NCBI GenBank assembly: GCA_964291215.2
Contig: OZ219790.1
Coordinates: 2,368,001-2,432,000 of the forward strand
Length of the DNA stretch: 64,000 bases
Reading direction: 5' to 3'
From: Alphaproteobacteria bacterium
GTDB taxonomy: Bacteria > Pseudomonadota > Alphaproteobacteria > MPNO01 > UBA830
Both the position numbers and the translations under genes were made by a program. This document shows, in pieces, positions 1 through 10,422 of this stretch. The notes under the pieces were generated by a model. The model did no database searches and was not told the origin of the DNA. It saw only the letters and a list, made by a program, of their open reading frames with translations. Position 1 is the first letter of the stretch, and each line of letters starts with the position of its first letter.

Positions 1-164
1 CCGCCGACAACCAGAATGCGGTCCCTTCCAGCCATGTGCCTCCCCGTTTTCCGTTCACTGTTTTTCGCGCCGACGCCCTGTCCGGTCAAGGACCCCGGGT
101 GGAGCTTGCTGTAAGATGCCGGCGTGACGGCCCGCCCGCGGGGCCAACGGAAAGGGGAACGCCC

Positions 165-1049
165 ATGAAACCTGCCGAACGCACGCCGTTCTCGGCCATC
201 GAGGACCGTCCGCGGCTCTCTCTGCCTGACGGCGGACGGATGATCGTGTGGCCGCTCATGTCGCTCGAGGTATGGGATATCGACCGCGCCATGGCGCGCA
301 CGGTGCTGCCGCCGCCGCAACACCGGCAGATGCTGCCCGACATCCCGAACTGGTCGTGGCACGAATACGGCATGCGGGTGGGATTCTGGCGCCTCAGGAA
401 GCTGTTCGACGAAATGGGCCTCCCGATGACGGTGACGATGAACGGCCGCGTCTGCGAGACCTATCCGAGGGTGCTCGAGGCCTGCCTCGAATCGGGGTGG
501 GAGTTCAACGCCCATTCATGGGAACAGCGGCCGATGCACGAAGTCGAGGACGAGCGCGAGAGCATGGACAGGACGGCCGACGCCATCGAGGCGTTCGCGG
601 GCTATCGCCCGCGCGGGTGGTTCGGACCCGGGCTTACCGAGACATTCGACACGCTCGATCACCTCTCCGCGGCCGGGTTCGAGTATGTCGGCGACTGGGC
701 GTTCGACGATCAGCCGGTCCGGCTGAAGACGACCCATGGCGACATCACGGCGCTGCCGTACAATTTCGAGATACACGACATCGTCGTCTCGATGATCCAG
801 AACCTGCCGTCGCACGCCTATCGCGACCGCGCCGTGGATCACTTCGAGACGATCTACGCGGAGAGCGAGTCCTCTGTGCGCGTCATGTCCCTCGCCGTCC
901 ACCCGTACATCTCCGGGACGGCACACCGCATCCGCTATATCCGCGAGACCCTCGAGCACATCCTGTCGATGCCCGGAGTCGTCGCGATGAGCGGTGACCG
1001 GATTCTCGACTGGTACAACGCCCACACCACACGGTCCGCACAGGGGTGA
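165..1049 (+). CDS. Polysaccharide deacetylase family protein (PuuE/allantoinase-like)
   Basis: Motifs NWSWHEYGMRVGFWR, EFNAHSW, RGWFGPGL and SLAVHPYISG; ATG at 165 follows GGAAAGGGG. Confidence 0.85.
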   Translation: MKPAERTPFSAIEDRPRLSLPDGGRMIVWPLMSLEVWDIDRAMARTVLPPPQHRQMLPDIPNWSWHEYGMRVGFWRLRKLFDEMGLPMTVTMNGRVCETYPRVLEACLESGWEFNAHSWEQRPMHEVEDERESMDRTADAIEAFAGYRPRGWFGPGLTETFDTLDHLSAAGFEYVGDWAFDDQPVRLKTTHGDITALPYNFEIHDIVVSMIQNLPSHAYRDRAVDHFETIYAESESSVRVMSLAVHPYISGTAHRIRYIRETLEHILSMPGVVAMSGDRILDWYNAHTTRSAQG

Positions 1050-1400
1050 ACCGGGCAGGCTCCGACGGGTCTTCCGGAACGCCAACCAGCGATTGCCCGC
1101 GCGTCTGCAGCGAACCCGGATCCAGACGTTCAGTGGCCACCGTGATACCAACGCCGGTCGCGGAGAGACCGGCGCCGGCCGGAGTCGTTGCACGGGTTGG
1201 CCGTGAGCGCCGACGACGGCGTCACCGAGCGGCCGCGTGAAAACGATGCCGGACGAGGCCCTGCATCCCAGCAAGACTGTCAGCGACCGCCGACAATATG
1301 GAACGCTGCTTCCAACTTTCCCCTGCCCCCTACCTTGGGACACGACCTCGGGAGACAGTAGCGCCGACGATCATCGGGATGTATGCTGCCCCCACGGAGA

Positions 1401-1997
1401 ATGTTGAAGATGCTCTCTGCAACCGCACCAATTCTGCGCACCGGCCTCGTCATCGCGGCCGCGGCAATTATCGTCGCAAGCCCGGCGCTGCAGGCCAATC
1501 CCTACGATCACGTGAAGATCGGCCCCGCCGTCGGCACGACGATTCCCTGCGACCTGACGGCCCGGGACCAGCACGAACAGGAACGGAATATCAAGGCGCT
1601 GGCCCACAAGCGGGGCCTCGTGATCCTGTTCACCAAGTCGCTCGACTGGTGACGATCCTGCAAGATCCAGGCGGTCGCCTGGAACCCCCGCGTCAGCGAC
1701 TTTCAAGCGCTCGGATACAATGTCGTGATGGTTACCCATGACGATGTCGGCGTGATCGCCGGTTTCGCAGGTTCCCGCGACATCAGCTACACAATCCTTT
1801 CCGATTCCGGCGCAACGGTCATCCCTGCCTTCGGCCTGGCCAACAGCCGTTATCCGGAAGGCAGTCCGTTTTACGGCGTGGCCGAGAAATTCATCCTCGT
1901 GACCGATGCGGACGGGGTCGTGCGGCACCGTTTCTCGAAACCGTATCCTGGCGTCGAAGCGGTGCTCACGGCGATACGCGAAAGCGGCGGTTCGTAG
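1401..1997 (+). CDS. Exported AhpC/TSA (peroxiredoxin-like) selenoprotein with in-frame UGA at 1650-1652 (W-U-R-S-C)
   Basis: ORFs 1383-1652 and 1725-1997 are in one frame separated only by TGA. The read-through gives GPAVG..LVILFTKSLDW-U-RSCKIQ..YTILSD, a thioredoxin fold with an N-terminal signal peptide. Start is 1401 or 1410. Confidence 0.85.
1666..1683 (+). promoter_or_regulatory. Bacterial SECIS-like hairpin
   Basis: Perfect stem TCCAGGC-GGTC-GCCTGGA starting 13 nt after the UGA, with a GU-containing apical loop. Confidence 0.75.
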
Positions 1998-2020
1998 CTT
2001 CGCCGACGATCCCGCCATCC

Positions 2021-4372
2021 TTAACCGGATTGGTGCCCCCGGACGCCGTTCCCGCCTCCACCGCGGTCGGCACGGACGAGTTCAACGATCTTCGCCGGCG
2101 TCACCGGATAGTCACTGATGCGGACGTCGAACGGCGAGAGCGCGCTCTCGATTGCCGAGACGATGGCCGCTGCTGCGGGTACGGTGCCGGTTTCCCCGAC
2201 GCCCTTCACGCCGAGCGGATTGAGCGGCGACGGCGACTGCCGGTGGATCAGTTCGAGTGCCACCAGTTCGGCCGCTGTCGGCATCGTGTATTCCCCGAAA
2301 TTGGTCGTCAACGGCTGACCGGCGCCATCGTAGCCCATCCATTCGAACAGGGCGTTGCCGATGCCGTGGACCACGCCGCCGACGATCTGACCGTCGACCA
2401 TCATCGGGTTGATCAACGTGCCGCAGTCGCTGACCACGACATAACGCTGCAGGGTCACCCCGCCGGTGCCAACATCGACCTCGAGCTCGACGGCATGCGC
2501 GCCGTTGGAATAGGTCAGCGCTCCGGGCTTGAAATGGCAGTTCGATTCGAGTCCCGGATCGATCGCGCCGGGCATCGAGTAGCCGGGTGCGCCAGCGCTC
2601 GCCTCCGCGATCGCGCGGATCGGAACGACCAGATCGGAACCCCTGACGCGCACCCGTCCGTCGGCAATCTCGAGGTCGTCCTCGGCAGCCTCGAGGAGGT
2701 GCGCAGCCATCGCCAGGACCTTGGACCGGACCTCCGCCGAGGCAATGTGCACCGACGAGCCCGCGGTCACGGTCTGGCGGCTCGCGAAGCCACCGAAACC
2801 CAACGCAACGGTATCGGTGTCGCCGGAGACGACCTCGATCTCCGCGCAGTCGATGCCGAGCTGTGCCGCAGCCACCTGAGCCAGCATCGTCTTCAGCCCC
2901 TGGCCCATGGCGAGCGCTCCGGTGAAGACGCGCACCTTGCCCGAACGCTCAATGCGCACCGTCCCCGATTCGAACGGTCCCCGCCCCGTCCCCTTGAGGC
3001 TGTTGGCGATACCGATCCCGAGATGACGTCCGCCGCGCCGCGCCGCAGCCTGGCGGTCGGCGAAGCCCGCGTAGTCGATGGCGTCGAGCACCGCCTGCAG
3101 GGATGCCGGGAAGTCGCCGCTGTCGGGCATGACGGGCGTGCCGGCCCGCGTCTTGAGCGGCGATTCGTAGGGCATGAGGTCGCCGGGAATAAGATTTCTC
3201 CGGCGGATCTCGGCGCGGTCGATTCCGAGGCCGTCGGCAGCGCGGTCAAGTAGCCGCTCCATCACGTAGTTGCCCTGGGGATAGCCGGCGCCTCTCACCG
3301 GCGACGCCGCGACGGTGTTGGTTTCCACGACCTCCACGTCGATCCGGTAGGCCGGCACGACATACGGTCCCGGCACCGCGGTCGACGCGTTGTAGGCGAG
3401 GTTGATGCCCTGGGGGGTGTAGGCGCCCTGGTCGTTGAGCATCCGCCCCCGTATGCCGAGGACACGGCCCCCGGCGTCGATGGCGATCTCCATCGTCCAG
3501 TCCTGCTCCCGCTCCTGGATGGCGGAAGTGAAGTGCTCGCGGCGATCTTCTATCCACTTGACGGGGGCATCGAGAAGCCTCGCCGCCAGCGCCACCGCAA
3601 CCTCCTCGCCGTAGGCGATGAACTTGGAGCCGAAACCACCGCCGACATCCGGCGCCACCACCCGGATCCTGCCCTCGTCGATCGCCAGCATCCGCACGAT
3701 CGCCGAGCGCACCTCGTGCGACATCTGGGTCGAGGACCACAGGGTCAGGCGGTCGTCCGGCCGGTCGTAGCGCGCCACGGCGCCACGGCCCTCGATCGGG
3801 TGGGCGCCCCCGCGGTGCTGCACGAAACGCTCCCGAAACACGCGATCGGCGTTGGCGAAGGCCGAATCCACGTCTCCGTAATCCTGTCCGAACCGCACCA
3901 GGACATTGCCGCTCCGGCCGCGGTGCACGGGCGGAGCGCCGTCTGCCGCCGCCGCGGCGCTGCCGGCCACCGACGGCAGCGGCTCGTATTCAATCCCGAC
4001 GAGCGGCGCCGCGTCTTCCGCCGCGTAGCGGCTGTCGGCAACCACCATCGCCACCGCCTCGCCGACATGGCAGACCTCGTCGCCGGCCAGAAGCCACGGC
4101 GTGACGTCGCCGGGGAGGTTTCCGGTCGGGAACTGCAGCGGCAGGCGCCGGTCCGCAACATGCGGCGCGAAATCCGCCAGCGAATAGACGGCCCGGACGC
4201 CGGGCAGCGCGCGCGCAGCGGACGCTTCGACCGAATGAACGAGCGCGTGGGGGTGCGGACTTCTGACGAAGGCCGCGTGGAGCATTCCCGGAAGGTGAAT
4301 GTCGTCGACGAACACCCCCCGGCCGCGCAGCAGCGGCGGATCCTCGATGCGCTTCGTGCGCGCGCCGATCAT
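2021..4372 (-). CDS. Xanthine dehydrogenase/CoxL-family molybdopterin-binding subunit
   Basis: RIEDPPLLRG, VAPDVGGGFGSK, PVRGAG, GQIVGGVVHGIG, GVKGVGE; 783 aa. Confidence 0.9.
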   Translation of the reverse strand: MIGARTKRIEDPPLLRGRGVFVDDIHLPGMLHAAFVRSPHPHALVHSVEASAARALPGVRAVYSLADFAPHVADRRLPLQFPTGNLPGDVTPWLLAGDEVCHVGEAVAMVVADSRYAAEDAAPLVGIEYEPLPSVAGSAAAAADGAPPVHRGRSGNVLVRFGQDYGDVDSAFANADRVFRERFVQHRGGAHPIEGRGAVARYDRPDDRLTLWSSTQMSHEVRSAIVRMLAIDEGRIRVVAPDVGGGFGSKFIAYGEEVAVALAARLLDAPVKWIEDRREHFTSAIQEREQDWTMEIAIDAGGRVLGIRGRMLNDQGAYTPQGINLAYNASTAVPGPYVVPAYRIDVEVVETNTVAASPVRGAGYPQGNYVMERLLDRAADGLGIDRAEIRRRNLIPGDLMPYESPLKTRAGTPVMPDSGDFPASLQAVLDAIDYAGFADRQAAARRGGRHLGIGIANSLKGTGRGPFESGTVRIERSGKVRVFTGALAMGQGLKTMLAQVAAAQLGIDCAEIEVVSGDTDTVALGFGGFASRQTVTAGSSVHIASAEVRSKVLAMAAHLLEAAEDDLEIADGRVRVRGSDLVVPIRAIAEASAGAPGYSMPGAIDPGLESNCHFKPGALTYSNGAHAVELEVDVGTGGVTLQRYVVVSDCGTLINPMMVDGQIVGGVVHGIGNALFEWMGYDGAGQPLTTNFGEYTMPTAAELVALELIHRQSPSPLNPLGVKGVGETGTVPAAAAIVSAIESALSPFDVRISDYPVTPAKIVELVRADRGGGGNGVRGHQSG

Positions 4373-4968
4373 GGCCGCGATCCCGGGCCGGTCAGCAACC
4401 GCCCGTTGCGGAACAGGCGCCTGCGCTCGGCTGCGTCCCAGTTACGGTTGAAGGGAGTTGGTGGGCCGGGCATGACCCGCACCCACAGGAAGCGCGGCGC
4501 CGGCGACTCCTCGAGAAAACACCGAGATGCAAGGATCGTCGCCTCGTCCTCCAGGGTCATGACCGCCGGGAATCCGGCACCCTCGGCCATCAGCGCAAGA
4601 TCGGTTCGCCGTGCGGTGTGCCCCGGCTGCCCCCCGGTCTCGCCGTGGGCGCCGTTGTCGATGCAAACCACGGTCAGGTTGCCCGGGGCCGCAGAAGCGA
4701 CGGTCGCCAACGCGCCCGCATTCATCAGGAGTTCGCCGTCGCCCGTGATCACCGCGACCCTCTCGGACGGCGCCGCCAGCGCCATGCCGAGCCCCATCGC
4801 AACCGCACCGCCCATCGCTCCGCCTAAGGCGAAGAGATTGTCCGTCTCGCCGGTCAACGCCGCGGCGTCCCTCCCGGCCCCGGCAAGTCCCGACACAAAC
4901 AGCGCGGCCTGCGGATCGGGAAAGAGCGCCGGCAGCAGGCCGCGGCGATCGAGCGTCGGGGCCGTCAT
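4369..4968 (-). CDS. Thiamine-pyrophosphate-binding subunit (sulfo-/phosphonopyruvate decarboxylase beta-like)
   Basis: GAMG, TGDGELLMN..LATV, IDNG.HGETGGQ TPP motif; stop overlaps the start of the Mo subunit. Confidence 0.85.
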   Translation of the reverse strand: MTAPTLDRRGLLPALFPDPQAALFVSGLAGAGRDAAALTGETDNLFALGGAMGGAVAMGLGMALAAPSERVAVITGDGELLMNAGALATVASAAPGNLTVVCIDNGAHGETGGQPGHTARRTDLALMAEGAGFPAVMTLEDEATILASRCFLEESPAPRFLWVRVMPGPPTPFNRNWDAAERRRLFRNGRLLTGPGSRP

Positions 4969-5161
4969 CGCCAGGCCCCGCCGCAAAGAGGGACCATGCC
5001 CGCTGGAAAGCCGACGCGCTCCTCCCGTCCGGCAACTTCCACTTCAGCCATCCCGTCACACCCTTTCCGGCTCCCGCGGCACGAATCCATTGCTAACATA
5101 GCGGCACCGCGGAAGCGACCGGGCGCGATCCCGGGGGCGCTGCGCCCCCTTCCCGCGGCAC

Positions 5162-5348
5162 GATGATCTCATGCTAATTCGGAGACGCGAAATCCGAATG
5201 TGTTGGGGCTCGGGTCATCACAGATCGCCTCCTTGATCGCAAATTTCGTGCCGAGAAGACCCCATCGAGCCTTGGCGGCACGATTGCAGCGCGACGCAAA
5301 CTGAAAAAGTTTCATCAGTCGTCGCCGGATTAGCAGCGTGGGATCACC
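5162..5348. mobile_element. MITE-like ~185-bp element, copy 1
   Basis: Strongly similar along its length to 16171-16356; imperfect terminal inverted repeats GATCTCATGCT...AGCGTGGGATC. Confidence 0.7.
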
Positions 5349-5434
5349 GTGACCTGGTGGTTTTCGGGCTTGACTTTCACGGCGGTGATTCGTAGAGTAA
5401 CGCTCACATCAACACTGGCCTGTTGGTGACCGGC

Positions 5435-6307
5435 ATGGGTAATTGGACTCTCGACGACATTCCCTGGGATAGCTTCGATCCTTCGCGGGTCGATCCGGGC
5501 GTCATCCCCATCATCAAGGCTGCAAGCCTCGTCGAGTACAATGCCGAGGACTACCGCATATACCTGAACCGGGTCTTCGACGGCGACAGCCGCCTGCAGG
5601 CGGCAATCAATTCATGGGCCGAAGAGGAGATCCAGCATGGCCGTGTCCTCGGCCGCTGGGCGGCTCTCGCGGACCCCGAATTCGACTTCGAGACCCGATT
5701 CGACCGGTTCCGGGACAATTTCCGTCTTCAGCTCGACGCGAGCGTATCGGTGCGGGGAACACGGGCCGGCGAGCTCGTGGCCCGGTGCATGGTCGAAACC
5801 GGCACGAACTCGTTCTATTCGGCGCTCGCGGACGCTACCGACGAGCCGGTTCTCAGGACCATCTGCCGGCGCATCGCCGACGACGAATACGCCCATTACT
5901 GCCTGTTCCACCGGAACATGCGCAGATACATGGAGCACGACCGGCTGACCCGCCTGAAAAGGGTCAGGGTGGCGTTCGGACGGATGTCGGAGTCCGAGGA
6001 CGACGAACTCGCCTCCGCCTACTGGGCGGCGAACAGCGACGGCCAGGCCTACGACCGGCGCGCCAATGCGGCCGCCTACACCCGGCGGGCACTGCGCTAC
6101 TACCGCCCGCAGCATGTCGCGCGCGGCGTGGAGATGATCTTCAATGCCGTCGGCATCGACGGTCGAAGCTCAGCCGGACGCCTGGCCGCCGGGGCAGTGA
6201 GGCTCTTCGTCTGGTACCGGCTCTGCGTCGCGACCCGTCTTCTGGTCGCTCTTGTCGAGGCAAGGCGGCGGTTCGCGCGACAGGACTCAGCGCCACAGCA
6301 GGCCTGA
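5435..6307 (+). CDS. Ferritin-like diiron domain protein (acyl-ACP desaturase/rubrerythrin-like)
   Basis: WTLDDIPW, WAEEEIQHG and IADDEYAH ExxH motifs. Confidence 0.8.
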   Translation: MGNWTLDDIPWDSFDPSRVDPGVIPIIKAASLVEYNAEDYRIYLNRVFDGDSRLQAAINSWAEEEIQHGRVLGRWAALADPEFDFETRFDRFRDNFRLQLDASVSVRGTRAGELVARCMVETGTNSFYSALADATDEPVLRTICRRIADDEYAHYCLFHRNMRRYMEHDRLTRLKRVRVAFGRMSESEDDELASAYWAANSDGQAYDRRANAAAYTRRALRYYRPQHVARGVEMIFNAVGIDGRSSAGRLAAGAVRLFVWYRLCVATRLLVALVEARRRFARQDSAPQQA

Positions 6308-6329
6308 CGGCGCCAGCCCGCCCTCCGGC

Positions 6330-6824
6330 TCAGCCGATCAGGGGGGCGAACTCGCGGACGACCGCGGCATAGACCTCGCGCTTGAAGGGCACGATCTCCC
6401 GCACCAGGGCCGACAGCGCACTCCATTTCCAGTCGCCGAATTCCGGCTCTTCGGTCGCGAGGTCGATTTCGGTTTCAGCGCCCGTGAACCGGAACAGGGT
6501 CCAGATCTGCGCCTGCCCGACATAGCGGCCGCCCCACAGCTGCCCGACGAGCTCGTCGGGCAGGTCGTAGGTCTTCCACTCGCCGGCAACGGCCAGACAG
6601 GACACCGAGCGAATGCCGGTTTCCTCCTCAAGCTCGCGGCGCGCGGCCGCTTCCGGCGTCTCGCCCGGCTCCATCCCGCCCTGGGGCATCTGCCAAGCAC
6701 CGGGCCTGTCGAGACGCTCGCCGGTGAACACTCGTCCCCGGCCGTCGACGAGCATGACGCCGACGCACGGACGATAGCCCTCCGGCAGCGCGCCGGGAAC
6801 CCCCGTTACCGCCGCTCCGCGCAC
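6330..6824 (-). CDS. rppH: RNA pyrophosphohydrolase (Nudix)
   Basis: YRPCVGVML, WQMPQGG, Nudix box AARRELEEETG, IVPFKREVY; start GTG 6824 is tentative. Confidence 0.9.
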   Translation of the reverse strand: MRGAAVTGVPGALPEGYRPCVGVMLVDGRGRVFTGERLDRPGAWQMPQGGMEPGETPEAAARRELEEETGIRSVSCLAVAGEWKTYDLPDELVGQLWGGRYVGQAQIWTLFRFTGAETEIDLATEEPEFGDWKWSALSALVREIVPFKREVYAAVVREFAPLIG

Positions 6825-6828
6825 GACA

Positions 6829-8118
6829 TCAGTCCGTCGTCCGCCGCTGGTAAAGGGCAAGACCGCGCAGAAGGTCGACGGCCCTCGAGAGCTGGTAGTC
6901 GTCGGGGGGGGAGTCGTCGGGCGCAACCGCCTCGCCGGGCTCGGTTTCGCCACCCTCCTCCGTATCCGGGTTATCCAGCCGCCCGCGAAGGTTCTCCTCG
7001 CGCCGGCGCGAGGAGATGTCGAGTTTCTCGAGACGGGCCTGCTCGACGATGATATCAGGCTCGATCCCGGTCGCCTGGATCGAGCGGCCCGACGGGGTGT
7101 AGTAGTGTGCGGTGGTCAGCCGGATGGCACCATGCGGGCCGAGCGGCATGATCGTCTGCACGGACCCCTTGCCGAATGTCCGGGTGCCCATGATCACCGC
7201 TCGGCCATGATCCTGCAGCGCCCCGGCAACGATTTCGGATGCAGACGCCGAACCGCCATTGACCAGAACGACCATCGGAAGCCCGTTCAGGAGATCGCCC
7301 GACTTGGCATTGAAGCGCTGCCCCTCCTCCGGATCCCGCGTGCGGGTGGACACGATCTCTCCCCGGACGAGAAACGCGTCAGCGACGCCGACCGACTGGT
7401 CCAGCAACCCTCCGGGATTGTTGCGGAGGTCGAGCACGAGACCCTTCAGGCCGTCTTTCGCGGCTTCCGTCACTTTCCCGATCTCTCGCTCAAGCCCCGG
7501 GGTGGTGGCCTCGCTGAACGACGTGATCCGGATATAGCCGATGTCGTCGTGCTCGATGCGCGACCGGACAGAGCGGATCTTGATGACGGCCCGGGTCACC
7601 TTGACCTCGAACGGCTCGCGCCCGGCCCTCCGAATCATGAGCCTGATATCGGTGTCGGGCTTGCCGCGCATCCGCTCGACGGCCTCGGAGAGCGTCAGCC
7701 CGAGCACGGGCTCGTCGTCAAGGTGGGTGATAAGGTCGCCTGGCTTCAACCCGGCGCGAAAGGCCGGCGTGTCGTCGATCGGAGACACCACCTTTATGAG
7801 GCCGTTCTCCATGGTCACCTCGATGCCGAGGCCGCCGAACTCGCCGCGCGTCTGGACCTGCATGTCCTGGAACCGTTTGGGGCTCAGGTACCCGGAATGC
7901 GGATCGAGCGATGTCAGCATCCCGTTGATGGCTGCCTCCATCAGGTCCTCGTCGGTGACTTCCTCGACATAGCCCGCGCGAATGCGCTCGAAGACATCCC
8001 CGAACAACTCGAGCTGCCGGTAGGTCTGGGTGTTCACTCCCGCGTCCTGGGCCGCCGAAGCGCCCGCAAGCGCAACCGTCACGACGCAGAATGTCATCAG
8101 TCTCGCAATCAATCGCAT
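6829..8118 (-). CDS. ctpA: S41 carboxyl-terminal processing protease
   Basis: LDPHS, PDZ GGLGIEV, DLRNNPGG, SASASEIV, TFGKGSVQ. Confidence 0.93.
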   Translation of the reverse strand: MRLIARLMTFCVVTVALAGASAAQDAGVNTQTYRQLELFGDVFERIRAGYVEEVTDEDLMEAAINGMLTSLDPHSGYLSPKRFQDMQVQTRGEFGGLGIEVTMENGLIKVVSPIDDTPAFRAGLKPGDLITHLDDEPVLGLTLSEAVERMRGKPDTDIRLMIRRAGREPFEVKVTRAVIKIRSVRSRIEHDDIGYIRITSFSEATTPGLEREIGKVTEAAKDGLKGLVLDLRNNPGGLLDQSVGVADAFLVRGEIVSTRTRDPEEGQRFNAKSGDLLNGLPMVVLVNGGSASASEIVAGALQDHGRAVIMGTRTFGKGSVQTIMPLGPHGAIRLTTAHYYTPSGRSIQATGIEPDIIVEQARLEKLDISSRRREENLRGRLDNPDTEEGGETEPGEAVAPDDSPPDDYQLSRAVDLLRGLALYQRRTTD

Positions 8119-8308
8119 GATTATCGCTCGCTTGCCGTATTTCCGGCTCCCGCGGGCCGGCCGGAGATACCCCCGGTCCATTCCACCGCCCTGATGGCGG
8201 CTACGATAACAGGATTCGGGCCCAGGCGACACTCCCCGGCGCCCATCGGGAGCCGGGATTTGCGAGCGGCGCCTTGCCGGAGGCGAGCCGCCGCGGAAGC
8301 CGCCGCCG

Positions 8309-9898
8309 CTATGCCGGCACGGCCCGCCCGCTGACGGCGCGGGCCGCGTCCCGGCGGACAAGGAGGGACGCTCCGGTCATCTCGGGCGGCGGTTCCATGC
8401 CCATGAGATCGAGAAGCGTGGGCGCGATGTCCGACAGCCGTCCGGCGCGGAGCCCGCTGACAGCACCGGGCGCGTTGACGAGCAGTGCCGGCACCGGGTT
8501 GACCGTGTGGGCGGTGTGCGGCTCTCCGGTCTCGCAGTCGCGCATCGACTCGGCGTTGCCATGGTCGGCGGTGATCAGCATCACGCCGCCCGCGCTCTCC
8601 ACCGCCCGCACGAGACGTTCCAGGCATTCGTCGACCATGCGTATGGCGCGAACGGTGGCGTCGAGCTTCCCGGTGTGGCCGACCATGTCCGGATTGGCAA
8701 AGTTTACGACGATGAGATCGTGCCGGCCCGAGCCGATTTCCATCACCAGGCGATCGGTGACTTCGCGGGCAGACATTTCCGGCTGCTCGTCGTAGGTGGC
8801 AACCTTGGGCGACGGGATCAGGACCCGCTCCTCGCCGACAAAGGGCGTTTCCTCGCCACCATTGAAGAAATAGGTCACGTGAGCGTATTTCTCGGTCTCG
8901 GCGATACGCAGCTGGCGCATGCCGGCGTCCGACACCACTCGTCCGAGAATGTTCTCCAGCTTCTCGGGCGGGAACATGGTCGCCATCAGCGCGTTGTACG
9001 CACTCGAATATTCGGTAAGCCCGACAGCAGCTGCAAACGCCACGCGGCGGCTGCGCGCGAAGCCCTCGAATTCGTCCTGGAGCAGGGCAAGGAGGATTTG
9101 CCGCACGCGGTCGGCGCGGAAATTCGCCATCAGGATCCCGTCGCCGTCCTCCATCCCGGCATAACCGTCCATGACGACAGGTTCGACGAACTCGTCGGTC
9201 ACCCCGGCGTCATAGCTCGCTCTGACGGCAGCGGCGGGATCGGCCGCCGCCGCCCCGCTGCCAGCAACGAGAAGATCGTAGGCGCGCTCCGTACGGTCCC
9301 ACCGCTGATCCCTGTCCATGGCGTAGTAGCGCCCACACAGCGTGGCGATGCGCGTGCGGCCGAGGCCTGCGAGCTGCTCGCAGAAGGACGCCACATGTTT
9401 CGCGGCACTCGCCGGCGGTGTGTCGCGGCCATCGAGGAAGCCGTGAACGGCGACCGGAATGCCGTGGCCGTCGACGATGGCCGCAAGCTCGGCGAGATGA
9501 TCCTGATGGGAATGCACGCCGCCCGGGGAGATCAGCCCCATCAGGTGGCAGATTCCGCCGCTGCGCCGGAGACTCCCGATCAGACCGGCAAGCGCGGGGT
9601 TGGCGCGGATGCTGCCGTCGGCGATGGCGGCGTTCACACGGCATATGTCCTGCATCAGGACGCGCCCGGCGCCGAGGGTGATGTGGCCGACCTCCGAATT
9701 GCCCATCTGGCCCGACGGCAGCCCGACATCGGCACCCGATGTCGCGACGAGCGCGTGCGGGCAGCTGCGCCAGAGCCGCGCGAAGACCGGCGCATTGCCC
9801 GCCGTGATCGCGTTGTCGGCCTCATCCTCGCTGTGCCCCCACCCGTCGAGGACGCACAGCACCGCGGGCCGCCGCCCGTCACGCACCTTGTCTCTCAT
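8309..9898 (-). CDS. gpmI: 2,3-bisphosphoglycerate-independent phosphoglycerate mutase
   Basis: LDGWG, GQMGNSEVGH, AETEKYAHVT, NPDMVGHTG, TADHGN. Confidence 0.96.
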   Translation of the reverse strand: MRDKVRDGRRPAVLCVLDGWGHSEDEADNAITAGNAPVFARLWRSCPHALVATSGADVGLPSGQMGNSEVGHITLGAGRVLMQDICRVNAAIADGSIRANPALAGLIGSLRRSGGICHLMGLISPGGVHSHQDHLAELAAIVDGHGIPVAVHGFLDGRDTPPASAAKHVASFCEQLAGLGRTRIATLCGRYYAMDRDQRWDRTERAYDLLVAGSGAAAADPAAAVRASYDAGVTDEFVEPVVMDGYAGMEDGDGILMANFRADRVRQILLALLQDEFEGFARSRRVAFAAAVGLTEYSSAYNALMATMFPPEKLENILGRVVSDAGMRQLRIAETEKYAHVTYFFNGGEETPFVGEERVLIPSPKVATYDEQPEMSAREVTDRLVMEIGSGRHDLIVVNFANPDMVGHTGKLDATVRAIRMVDECLERLVRAVESAGGVMLITADHGNAESMRDCETGEPHTAHTVNPVPALLVNAPGAVSGLRAGRLSDIAPTLLDLMGMEPPPEMTGASLLVRRDAARAVSGRAVPA

Positions 9899-9945
9899 GG
9901 CCGTTCTCTGCCGATCAGCCGCCGCGGTCCGCCGCTTGCCTGCGC

Positions 9946-10413
9946 TCACGCCGCGCACCCGTCGCGGTGATAGGGGTTCCCCGCGAGTATCTCCTGGGCC
10001 CGGAATATCTGTTCGACCAGCATCACCCGGACCAGCATATGCGGCCAGGTTGCGGTGCCGAAGGCGAGGAGCGTGTCCGCGCGGTCGAGCTGGGGCCGCA
10101 CCAGGCCGTCTGCGCCGCCGACGAGGAACGAGATCCCGCGCCCGGCATCGCGGCAACGCTCGAACAAACGGGCGAAGGCCACGCTGTCATGTGCGGCGCC
10201 CGACGCATCAAGCACTACCCGGTAGGCGCCGTCGGGACAGGCCGCTTCCAGGAGCGCCCCCTCGCGCTCGGCGCGCCGCAGCGCCGGCAGCTTGCGGCGC
10301 TCCTCGACTTCCCTGATCTCGACCGGCCAGCGGATACGCCGGCGATAGCGCTCGAGCAGGTCCCGCTCGGGCCCGGCCTTCATGCGGCCGACGGCGCAGA
10401 TGGTGACGCGCAT
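9946..10413 (-). CDS. rlmH: 23S rRNA m3-pseudouridine1915 methyltransferase
   Basis: GGADG, TWPHMLVRVMLVEQIFRA, NPYHR. Confidence 0.95.
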   Translation of the reverse strand: MRVTICAVGRMKAGPERDLLERYRRRIRWPVEIREVEERRKLPALRRAEREGALLEAACPDGAYRVVLDASGAAHDSVAFARLFERCRDAGRGISFLVGGADGLVRPQLDRADTLLAFGTATWPHMLVRVMLVEQIFRAQEILAGNPYHRDGCAA

Positions 10414-10422
10414 GACCGTGCC

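Noticed and set aside
2021-4372. Bona fide aerobic CO dehydrogenase (coxL)
   Set aside because: It lacks the AYXCSFR form I motif and has no adjacent coxM/coxS.
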